Assembly: GCA_035536915.1 (NCBI GenBank)
Contig: DATLNE010000020.1
Coordinates: 15,044-79,043 of the forward strand
Reading direction: 5' to 3'
DNA length: 64,000 bases
From: Acidimicrobiales bacterium
GTDB taxonomy: Bacteria > Actinomycetota > Acidimicrobiia > Acidimicrobiales > JAHWLA01
In this document: positions 1 to 7,096 of the stretch, piece after piece
Numbering within the stretch: position 1 is the stretch's first letter
Layout of the letters: each line of letters begins with the position of its first letter
Notes under the pieces: generated by a model
Told to the model about the DNA's origin: nothing
Seen by the model: only the letters and a program-made list of their open reading frames with translations
Database searches by the model: none
Position numbers and translations under genes: made by a program

Positions 1-598
1 GCTGGCCTTGGCTGTTGACCCACCGCCACCAAGCCTCTTCGTCGGGGAAGACGAAGAGGGCCTCGTCGTCGTGCTCTTCCACGCCGGTGAAGCCCGCGGC
101 GGTGAGCTCGGCCCGGATGTCGCCGGGCGGAAACGGCGGCGGCATCGCGACGAACTGCTTGGCCACGTCGCCGAAGAACATCATCTCGTCGTTGGCGCCC
201 GTCGGCACCGACAGCCCCACCCGCCCGCCGTTGCGAAGGACCCGTCGCCAGTTGGCGAACGCCGTGGCTCGGTCGGGCAGGAAGCCCACGGAGAAGGCGC
301 ACAGGACCACGTCGTAGTCGGCATTGCCCTCGGGTTCTTGGGCGTCCATGAGCCGGGCGTCGACCCCGTCGGCCCGCAGCGCCTCGACCATCTCCGGCGC
401 CAGGTCGGTGGCCACCACGCCGGCTCCTCGGGCCAGCGCCGGGAACACCGTGGCGCCCCGGCCGGAGGCGAGGTCGAGCACGTCGTCGCCCGGCTGCACG
501 TCGACGTAGTCGACCAGCCGTTCGCCGAACGTGCGGAAGAAGGGGATGACGCTGTCGTAGTCGGCCGCCGCCCGGCCGAACACCTGCACGAAGTCCAT
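1..598 (-). CDS. class I SAM-dependent methyltransferase (partial; C-terminus runs off the window start)
   Basis: My own minus-strand translation from the ATG at 598 reads MDFVQVFGRAAADYDSVIPFFRTFGERLVDYVDVQPGDDVLDLASGRGATVFPALARGAGVVATDLAPEMV...RVLRNGGRVGL. It carries SAM-binding motif I (VLDLASGRG) and the acidic motif II (VATDL). It is absent from the ORF track because there is no stop codon in the window. Confidence 0.8.
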   Translation of the reverse strand, partial: MDFVQVFGRAAADYDSVIPFFRTFGERLVDYVDVQPGDDVLDLASGRGATVFPALARGAGVVATDLAPEMVEALRADGVDARLMDAQEPEGNADYDVVLCAFSVGFLPDRATAFANWRRVLRNGGRVGLSVPTGANDEMMFFGDVAKQFVAMPPPFPPGDIRAELTAAGFTGVEEHDDEALFVFPDEEAWWRWVNSQGQ

Positions 599-625
599 CC
601 CGACTGCATAGCCCGCCCCGCCGGC

Positions 626-1657
626 CTACGGGGTGGCGACCACCGTCCGGGCCTTGGCGAGGGCACGGTCGACGATGGCCCGGTACTCCGCCAGCAACTG
701 CTCGTACTCGGCCACCACCGCCCGACCGTGCTCGGCCTTGAGGTCCTGGTAGATGCGCACGAGGCCGACGGCGTCCTTGCAGGCGACGTCGTCTCGGGCC
801 ACCGCTCGCTCTCGCTCGCTCTTCGCCGTGGTGGCGTCACTGGCGAACTCCTGCACCGGGCCGAAGGGGTCGGTGTAGGCGTAGCCCTTCGCCGTCATGC
901 ACGACGACCACGCCTTGATGCCGGCGTCGAAACGAGGGTCGGCGACGGCATCGCGCTCGACGGCGCTGCGCACCTCGTTGCCGATCCAACTGGCGAGCGA
1001 CGTGTGGCGAGCCTGGTCGCCGTAGAGCGTCCGCTGCGATTGGCCGAAGCACCCGCCCGAGGTCTGGGCGCCGGTCTGCTCGCCCGTGACCGGGTTTGTC
1101 AGCGGGACCCCGTCGCCCGCAGGGCCGCCCGAGTGAGGCTGGCCGTCGTAGGCCTGTGACCACCTGTCGCGCTGCGAGGCCGTCTGCAACTCCTTCTGTG
1201 CTGCGTTGGCCCCGCCTGGCCCCGCAGGCGTCGCGTAACCGAGCTCGTCGGCGCGGCGCGCGTCGGTGCGGCCGAGACGGCTCCACTCGGGGTCGAGGCC
1301 GCCCGCCGACACGTCGGTCTCGTCGTAGCGGTGGCCCGCGGCCTTCATGCAGTCGTGCACCAAGCGCTGCTCGGCGCGGAACAGCAAGGCCGACTCCTCG
1401 TCGGTGAGCAGGAAGGACGCCAGGTCCTCCTGCCCCGCAGGCGAGTCGGCCACTGTCGAGACGGGCTTCGACGGCCGGACCTGCACGGCGACCACGCCGG
1501 CCACGAGAGCGGCTGCCGCCAGCGCCACGGCCAATGCGGCACGCGGTGCCCGCCGGGCAGGCAACTGCATGACGGTGGCGTCGTCGAGCGGCGTGTCGGC
1601 CATGACCTCGAAGGTGCGACGCAGCCGGGCTTCGACCTCGTGCTCGGAGAGCTTCAC
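626..1657 (-). CDS. putative anti-sigma factor / single-pass membrane protein
   Basis: The GTG at 1657 overlaps the sigma-gene stop (GTGA, 1654-1657). The protein starts VKLSEHEVEARLRRTF, has one hydrophobic span (AALAVALAAAALVAGVVAV) and a Cys-containing outer domain. The track start at 2062 would lie inside the sigma gene. Function is inferred from position only. Confidence 0.55.
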   Translation of the reverse strand: MKLSEHEVEARLRRTFEVMADTPLDDATVMQLPARRAPRAALAVALAAAALVAGVVAVQVRPSKPVSTVADSPAGQEDLASFLLTDEESALLFRAEQRLVHDCMKAAGHRYDETDVSAGGLDPEWSRLGRTDARRADELGYATPAGPGGANAAQKELQTASQRDRWSQAYDGQPHSGGPAGDGVPLTNPVTGEQTGAQTSGGCFGQSQRTLYGDQARHTSLASWIGNEVRSAVERDAVADPRFDAGIKAWSSCMTAKGYAYTDPFGPVQEFASDATTAKSERERAVARDDVACKDAVGLVRIYQDLKAEHGRAVVAEYEQLLAEYRAIVDRALAKARTVVATP

Positions 1658-2124
1658 GACAGTTCCTCCCTCATGCGAGCGAGCGCGCGGTGCGTCGCCG
1701 ACTTCACCGTTCCTGGCCGGCACGCGAGGACGTTCGCGATGTCGGCTTCCGACATGTCTTCGTAGAAACGCAGGACGAGCACGGCGCGCTGCCGGTACGG
1801 CAGGCGGGCCAGCACGGCCCACGTCTCGTCGATCTCGGGGTCGCCGCTCACCCGAGGCGGTTCGGGTTGGTGGCGCTCGGCCACCGCCGCCCGCCGGTGC
1901 CGGCCCTTGGCCATGTTCACCACTGCGGTGCGCAGGTAGCCACGGGGGTTGTCGAGCCCGCCGAGCTTGGGCGACACGGCGAGGAAGGCGTCCTGCACCA
2001 CGTCTTCGGCCGCGGCGTCGGAGCCGACGAGCAGCTTGGCGAGGCGGACCATCGACGGCCACAGCTCCTCGTACAAGCCCGCCAGGTCGTGCTCGACCAC
2101 GAGCGCTCCTTCTACGAGATCCAT
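1654..2124 (-). CDS. ECF-type RNA polymerase sigma-70 family factor
   Basis: 156 aa. Region 2 (EDVVQDAFLAV) and region 4 HTH (LPYRQRAVLVLRFYEDMSEADIANVLACRPGTVKSATHRALARMRE) are recognisable. Confidence 0.9.
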   Translation of the reverse strand: MDLVEGALVVEHDLAGLYEELWPSMVRLAKLLVGSDAAAEDVVQDAFLAVSPKLGGLDNPRGYLRTAVVNMAKGRHRRAAVAERHQPEPPRVSGDPEIDETWAVLARLPYRQRAVLVLRFYEDMSEADIANVLACRPGTVKSATHRALARMREELS

Positions 2125-2217
2125 GCCGAACTGACGCGCGCCTCGGCAGTTTCGTTCCCTTCTGCCGGCTGCGCCCGACTTTGCCGGTCCTCCCGACGCT
2201 CGTTAGGCTTGCCTAAC

Positions 2218-3075
2218 ATGGTTCCGGCGCTGCTCATCATGATTCGCGAGGGCTTCGAAGCAGCCCTCGTCGTCGCCATCGTCTTCGCCTATCTGCGGCG
2301 CATCGGCCGCCTCGACCTCGGCCGCTCGGCGTGGCTGGGCGTGGCCGCCGCCACCGCCTGCTCGCTGGCCGTCGGCGTGGTCGTGCGCCTCACCCTCGGC
2401 AACCTGGTCGGCGCCGCCCGCATGCGGGCGTTCGCCGCGGTGTCGTTCGCTGCGGTGCTCGTCCTCACCTGGATGGTGTTCTGGATGCGCCGGCAGGCCC
2501 GGGCCATCAAGGGCGAGCTGGAGCAGAAGGTCGACAACGCGCTGGGCAGCGACAACCCGCACCGCGCCGTCATGCTCGTCACCTTCATGGCCGTCATCCG
2601 CGAGGGCATAGAAGCGGCGCTGTTCCTCCTGGCGGCCAGCACCTCGGCCGGCGGTGGGCAAGTCCTGCTCGGCGGCGTGCTCGGCCTGGCCATCGCCATC
2701 GCCCTCGGCCTCATGGTCTACGTGGGCGGGCGCAAGCTGCCCATGCGCCTGTTCTTCCGGGTGACCGGCATGATCATCGTCGTGTTCGCCGCCGGCCTCA
2801 TGGCCCGCACGGTGTTGTTCCTGCAGTCGGCGGGCGACCTCGGGACGGTGGCCGACAGCGTCTACGACGTCACAAGCGTGTCGTGGCTCACGCAACGGAC
2901 GGAGGGCGGCAAGATGCTCGCGGCCCTGTTCGGCTGGGACCCCCGGCCGTCACTCGAACAGGTCGTCGCCTGGGTCGGCTACATCGTCCCCGTGACCTAC
3001 TTGTTCCTCCGCGAACCGCGCACGCCGGCGCCGGTCGTGGCCGAGACCGCACGGGAGACGGCCGCCGCCGTCTAA
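2218..3075 (+). CDS. FTR1/EfeU-family high-affinity iron permease
   Basis: The ATG at 2218 gives MVPALLIMIREGFEAALVV. There are two REGxE iron-binding motifs (REGFE, REGIE) and about 7 hydrophobic spans. The longer track ORF (from 1690) is antisense to the sigma gene. Confidence 0.85.
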   Translation: MVPALLIMIREGFEAALVVAIVFAYLRRIGRLDLGRSAWLGVAAATACSLAVGVVVRLTLGNLVGAARMRAFAAVSFAAVLVLTWMVFWMRRQARAIKGELEQKVDNALGSDNPHRAVMLVTFMAVIREGIEAALFLLAASTSAGGGQVLLGGVLGLAIAIALGLMVYVGGRKLPMRLFFRVTGMIIVVFAAGLMARTVLFLQSAGDLGTVADSVYDVTSVSWLTQRTEGGKMLAALFGWDPRPSLEQVVAWVGYIVPVTYLFLREPRTPAPVVAETARETAAAV

Positions 3076-3117
3076 AGGAATCGGCCGTTCCGGTCGATTC
3101 AATACCTCGGGAGAACG

Positions 3118-3156
3118 GGCAGCGGCGGCGCCATGACCTCCTCGCGCCGCCCTGCC
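3118..3156 (+). terminator. GC-rich hairpin downstream of the iron permease (possible terminator)
   Basis: The arm GGCAG-c-GGCGGCGC (3118-3131) pairs with GCGCCGCCCTGCC (3144-3156), giving a 13-bp stem with one bulge and a 12-nt loop. No U-tract follows. Confidence 0.35.
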
Positions 3157-3181
3157 GCTGCGAGAGAGGTAGTCCCCCGAC

Positions 3182-4564
3182 ATGCGCAACAAGATCTTCG
3201 CCGGTGCAGTTGCCGTGCTGAGCCTGGCCAGTGGCTTGGTGCTCGGCCCCAAGGCCTCGGCCAACGAGCCTGAGTACCGGCGCATCCACTTCCCCGTCGA
3301 GGGGGCGGTGCAGTTCTCCGACGACTTCGGCGACCCCCGCAGCGGCGGGCGCTCCCATGCGGGCAACGACCTCATGGGCGCCAAAATGCAGAAGCTGCTC
3401 TCGACGGTCGACGGCCGCGTGACCTTCACCCGCGTCGACTCGAGCGGCCTGTCGGGCAACATGCTGACGATCCGCGATGCCGAGGGCTGGCAGTACCGCT
3501 ACATCCACATCAACAACGACACGCCCGGCACCGACGACGGGGCCAACCCGTCCAACGCCATCTTCGCTCCCGGCATCGGCACCGGCTCGAACGTGCGGGC
3601 GGGCCAGCACGTCGCCTTCCTCGGTGACAGCGGCAACGCCGAGGGCACCGCACCGCACCTCCACTTCGAGATCGTGCGCCCCGACGGCACGGCCATCAAC
3701 CCGTGGACGAGCCTGCGCTTGGCGCAAGGCCTGCCGGCGGGCACCCGTTGCGGCTACGGCAGCAACCCGGCGGGCGCGCCGAGCAATGCCTCGGCGGCGG
3801 GCTACTGGGTGTTGGGCGCCGACGGCGGCATCTTCAGCTTCGGAAACGCTGCCTTCTACGGCTCCACCGGCGGCATGCGGCTGAACCAGCCCATCGTCGG
3901 CATGGCGGCCACCCCGACCGGCCGCGGCTATTGGCTGGTCGCCCGTGACGGCGGCATCTTCAGCTTCGGCGACGCCCAGTTCTTCGGGTCGACCGGGGGC
4001 ATGCGGTTGAACCAGCCCATCGTCGGGATGGCCCCGACCCGCAGCGGCCAGGGCTACTGGCTGGTGGCCTCCGACGGCGGCATCTTCACCTTCGGCGACG
4101 CCACCTTCTTCGGCTCGACCGGCGGCATCCGCCTCAACAAGCCGGTCAACGGCATGGCCCCCACGTCATCGGGCAACGGCTACTGGCTCATCGCATCCGA
4201 CGGCGGCATCTTCACCTTCGGCGACGCCACCTTCATGGGCTCGGTCCCCGGCCTCGGCATCAACACCACCGTGCTCGGCATGGCGGTGGCCAAGGGCGGC
4301 AACGGCTATTGGCTGCTGGGCGCCGACGGCGGCGTGTTCAGCTTCGGCGACGCCCCGTTCTACGGGTCGCTGCCGGGCGTGGGCCTGTGCCGCTGGCCGC
4401 AAGGGACCAAGATCGTGACCAGCGCTACCGGCAACGGCTACTGGGTGCAGGCCAACGACGGCAGCACGTGGGCCTTCGGCGACGCCCAGCACTACGGCGC
4501 CGTCAACGCCCTCGGCCTGCCCGCCTTCCAGCCCACCATCGGCCTGGCCACCGTCGCCCCGTAA
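3182..4564 (+). CDS. secreted M23 (LytM-type) metallopeptidase with a C-terminal six-repeat domain
   Basis: N-terminal signal peptide (MRNKIFAGAVAVLSLASGLVLGPKASA). M23 zinc motifs HAGNDL and APHLHFE are present. A repeat domain follows (see the repeat feature). GAGAGG lies upstream of the ATG. Confidence 0.9.
   Translation: MRNKIFAGAVAVLSLASGLVLGPKASANEPEYRRIHFPVEGAVQFSDDFGDPRSGGRSHAGNDLMGAKMQKLLSTVDGRVTFTRVDSSGLSGNMLTIRDAEGWQYRYIHINNDTPGTDDGANPSNAIFAPGIGTGSNVRAGQHVAFLGDSGNAEGTAPHLHFEIVRPDGTAINPWTSLRLAQGLPAGTRCGYGSNPAGAPSNASAAGYWVLGADGGIFSFGNAAFYGSTGGMRLNQPIVGMAATPTGRGYWLVARDGGIFSFGDAQFFGSTGGMRLNQPIVGMAPTRSGQGYWLVASDGGIFTFGDATFFGSTGGIRLNKPVNGMAPTSSGNGYWLIASDGGIFTFGDATFMGSVPGLGINTTVLGMAVAKGGNGYWLLGADGGVFSFGDAPFYGSLPGVGLCRWPQGTKIVTSATGNGYWVQANDGSTWAFGDAQHYGAVNALGLPAFQPTIGLATVAP
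3800..4561 (+). repeat. six tandem ~39-43 aa coding repeats (GYWLvasDGGIFsFGDAxFfGS...)
   Basis: Read from the translation: GYWVLGADGGIFSFGNAAFYGS / GYWLVARDGGIFSFGDAQFFGS / GYWLVASDGGIFTFGDATFFGS / GYWLIASDGGIFTFGDATFMGS / GYWLLGADGGVFSFGDAPFYGS / GYWVQANDGSTWAFGDAQHYGA. The DNA repeats as well (gacggcggcatcttca(g/c)cttcggcgacgcc). Confidence 0.9.
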
Positions 4565-4566
4565 GG

Positions 4567-4609
4567 CCGGAGTACCCGCTGCCCGGATTCCGGGCAGCGG
4601 GTACTCCGG
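4567..4609 (+). terminator. perfect 20-bp-stem hairpin after the M23 gene (intrinsic-terminator candidate)
   Basis: CCGGAGTACCCGCTGCCCGG (4567-4586), loop att, then CCGGGCAGCGGGTACTCCGG (4590-4609), an exact reverse complement. It starts 3 nt after the stop codon. There is no U-tail. Confidence 0.7.
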
Positions 4610-4647
4610 GCGGGCAGAGGTACCGCGAAACCGGCAAGGGTGGATGA

Positions 4648-5445
4648 TTGCGAGCGATCGGGAGCTTCCAACAGGTCATCGGTCGCACCGTCCCACTACC
4701 GCGGTCGATCCCACGGCGATGGGGGTGGGTAGCGGGAGCCCATGACCGGACCGAGCGCGGGGCGGCCGTTCTCGAGTTCGAACTCGTTCCTCGGGTCCCG
4801 CTGAGCCCGACCGGACGGCTTGTGATGAGGTACTCGGCGCCGGGGGGCGAGGAAGGAGGCTGGGAGCGCGGCATCAAACAGAAAGCGCTGGGCAGCGTGG
4901 ACGGCTTGGCGATCACCTGTGAAATCGCACGGCTGGACCCACGCCCACTGCCAGACTTCGCTGCGACACTCGGAGGCCGGTGGCGCTTCGAAGAAGCACC
5001 ACCGGTCGTCGTCAATGGCCAGGGAGAAGCGGCGCGGTACTCGATCCGTGCGATCCCGGACAGTGCTGCACGCGAAGAAACCTCGCCACGAGAGCGCGAT
5101 GAATCACTGCCGCGACTCATTCGCGATATCGAAACACTTGGATTTGCCGAGCTCCCGTCCGTCGTCACCTGGCCTGAGCGACTGGGAGTGCTCGTCGCCA
5201 CCCGGTTCGACACCCTGGGCGTTGACCTGGCGTTCAGCCATCACATCAGCGCCGTGACGATGGAACTGGAGTTCGCATCACCGACCGCATCACCGGCGAC
5301 GGTCCTGTTCAGGTTGCAGAAGGACGCAGCCGTGGCCGACGAACAGGTCGGCGCCTGGGGTGCGTCGCTGGCGATGCGCTCCGATGCCGTAACCGACGAC
5401 GACATCGCAAGTCTTTTCGCCGCGCTCCGAACATCGGTTGGTTAG
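4648..5445 (+). CDS. hypothetical protein (orphan ORF with atypical codon usage; start uncertain)
   Basis: This is the only long ORF in the gap. Its antisense partner (4503..5213) is Ser/Arg-rich frame noise. It has many A/T-ending codons (aaa, gaa, gca, aca, att, ctt, ttt), unlike its neighbours. I recognise no motif. Alternative start: the ATG near 4827 (MRYSAPGG). Confidence 0.45.
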   Translation: MRAIGSFQQVIGRTVPLPRSIPRRWGWVAGAHDRTERGAAVLEFELVPRVPLSPTGRLVMRYSAPGGEEGGWERGIKQKALGSVDGLAITCEIARLDPRPLPDFAATLGGRWRFEEAPPVVVNGQGEAARYSIRAIPDSAAREETSPRERDESLPRLIRDIETLGFAELPSVVTWPERLGVLVATRFDTLGVDLAFSHHISAVTMELEFASPTASPATVLFRLQKDAAVADEQVGAWGASLAMRSDAVTDDDIASLFAALRTSVG

Positions 5446-5486
5446 CGCCTGCGTCCGTCAGCCCCATCAGCGCCGGTGACTGCCGA

Positions 5487-5525
5487 ACGTCGTCCTCGTT
5501 GCAGCATCAACACACGGGACGACGT
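5487..5525. terminator. hairpin between convergent genes (possible bidirectional terminator)
   Basis: ACGTCGTCC (5487-5495) pairs with GGACGACGT (5517-5525). The stem is 9 bp and the loop 21 nt. It lies between the stop at 5445 (+) and the stop at 5546 (-). Confidence 0.3.
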
Positions 5526-5545
5526 CCGGTTTGCCTCACGCCCCG

Positions 5546-6313
5546 TTACTTCGGGGGCATGCGGAGGGCGCCGTCGAGGCGGATGACCTCGCCGTTGAGG
5601 GCGGAGATTGTGGCGATGCTGTGCACCAGCTCGCCGAACTCGGCCGGGTTGCCCAACCGCTTGGGGAAGGGGATGCCCGCGCCCAGCGCCTCACGCGCCT
5701 CCTGGGGCAGCGTCGCCAGCATCGGGGTGTCGAAGGTCCCCGGCGCGATGGTGACGACGCGGATGCCCACGGCCGACAGGTCACGAGCGGCGGGCAGCGT
5801 GAGGGCCACGACCCCGCCCTTCGACGCCGAGTAGGCGAGCTGGCCGATCTGGCCGTCGAAGGCGGCGATCGACGCGGTGTTGACGATCACGCCGCGTTCG
5901 TTGTCGGCCAGCGGCTCGGTCTTGGAAATGGCCGACGCCGCCTGCGTCATGACGTTCACCGTGCCGACCAGGTTGATCTCGACGACGAAGCGGAAGGTGT
6001 CGAGGTCGTGGGGGCTGCCATCGCGGCCGATGGTGCGCATGGCCATGCCCACGCCTGCGCAGTTCACGGCGATGCGCAGCGGGCTGCTCTCGCCTGCCAT
6101 GGCCACGGCCTCGGCCACCTCGGCGGGCTTGGTGACGTCGGCGGCCACAAACTTGGTGGCGCCCCCGAGCTCCTTGGCGAGCGCCTCGCCCTGCTCGGCG
6201 TTGCGGTCGAGGATGGTGACGTCGACGCCCGCACCGGCCAGGTGGCGCACGGTCGCCTCACCCAGTCCCGACGCGCCCCCGGTTACCAATGCGGCTGCTC
6301 CTGTGATCTGCAT
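5546..6313 (-). CDS. short-chain dehydrogenase/reductase (3-hydroxyacyl-CoA dehydrogenase type-2-like)
   Basis: 255 aa. It has the TGGASGLG cofactor motif, the YSASK catalytic motif and the NCAG motif. Confidence 0.9.
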   Translation of the reverse strand: MQITGAAALVTGGASGLGEATVRHLAGAGVDVTILDRNAEQGEALAKELGGATKFVAADVTKPAEVAEAVAMAGESSPLRIAVNCAGVGMAMRTIGRDGSPHDLDTFRFVVEINLVGTVNVMTQAASAISKTEPLADNERGVIVNTASIAAFDGQIGQLAYSASKGGVVALTLPAARDLSAVGIRVVTIAPGTFDTPMLATLPQEAREALGAGIPFPKRLGNPAEFGELVHSIATISALNGEVIRLDGALRMPPK

Positions 6314-6331
6314 GACGGCAGATGCTAGGGG

Positions 6332-7096
6332 TCACCCCTCGTCGCGCTCGACTCGGGCGCCGACCTCGATGCGGCCCCCCACCACCACCCGAGCGTGCAC
6401 CCCGAGGTTGAACCCGTGGTGGTCGCGCACGGCCCGGATGACATCGCGGTCGGCCGCCACGCCTGCGGGCTGCGAGCGACCGATCATCGAACAGCGGCTG
6501 GTGGCCTTGAACGGCTCGAGCACGACCTCGCCGACGCGCAGGCGGCCATCGATCCAGCCGTCCTCCACAAACCCGTCGTCGTCGACCTCCACCACCAGGT
6601 TGGGCCGGAAACGCCGCAGCTCCCACTGCTGCGCGGGAGCCACGGCGGCCATGGCCCGCAGCGACGCTATCGTCAACAGGTGCACGGGGGCGTCGTCGTG
6701 GAACGAGCCTTCCGGGCCGCTCCACTCCACCGGCTCGGACCCGTCGTCGAGGTGGTCGCAGCGTGCTTGGAAGGTGCCACGCGCGCTGCGGTCCGCCTCC
6801 TGCAACACAACGGGCCGGCCCAGCCACGCCGACAACGAAGCGTCGTCGCCGCGCTCGCCGTTCGGCAACGCCACCGCCACGGCGCCGTCGACGGTGCGGG
6901 CGAACGCATGGAGCAAGCGGGGCTCCTCCTTGGCGGAAAGCACCCGACCGGTGCTGGTGTCGAGCACACCGAAACAACGATCACCGACGACGCCACCGGT
7001 AGCCACCTCCACCCACCCGGGTCGTTCCCCTTGCATCGACTTCACGGGGTACCGGTGCACGCTGAGGATCCGCACAGGTGCGACGCTACCGGCCAT
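6332..7096 (-). CDS. MOSC domain-containing protein
   Basis: The ATG at 7096 gives MAGSVAPVRILSVHRYPVKSMQGE, a typical MOSC N-terminal beta-barrel. The conserved Cys is present (ATSRCSMI). The track ORF start at 7486 is antisense to the MFS gene. Confidence 0.8.
   Translation of the reverse strand: MAGSVAPVRILSVHRYPVKSMQGERPGWVEVATGGVVGDRCFGVLDTSTGRVLSAKEEPRLLHAFARTVDGAVAVALPNGERGDDASLSAWLGRPVVLQEADRSARGTFQARCDHLDDGSEPVEWSGPEGSFHDDAPVHLLTIASLRAMAAVAPAQQWELRRFRPNLVVEVDDDGFVEDGWIDGRLRVGEVVLEPFKATSRCSMIGRSQPAGVAADRDVIRAVRDHHGFNLGVHARVVVGGRIEVGARVERDEG

Noticed and set aside
8-1159. A 383-aa plus-strand ORF at the window start
   Set aside because: It is antisense to the methyltransferase (1..598) and the anti-sigma-like gene, and has no recognisable motif.
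3076-3181. A possible c-di-AMP (ydaO-type) riboswitch or other leader upstream of the M23 peptidase gene
   Set aside because: The gap is only about 105 nt and contains a single simple hairpin. I could not see the conserved ydaO pseudo-twofold architecture. It is more simply a terminator for the iron permease gene.
5877-7094. N-terminal extension of the MFS ORF (track ORF 5877..8483), and similarly the 46894..47763 extension of the LacI ORF
   Set aside because: The extensions are antisense to the strong SDR/MOSC genes and the aldolase gene respectively. They are Ser/Thr/Arg/Pro-rich noise. The conserved N-termini begin at 7095 and at about 47764-47812.
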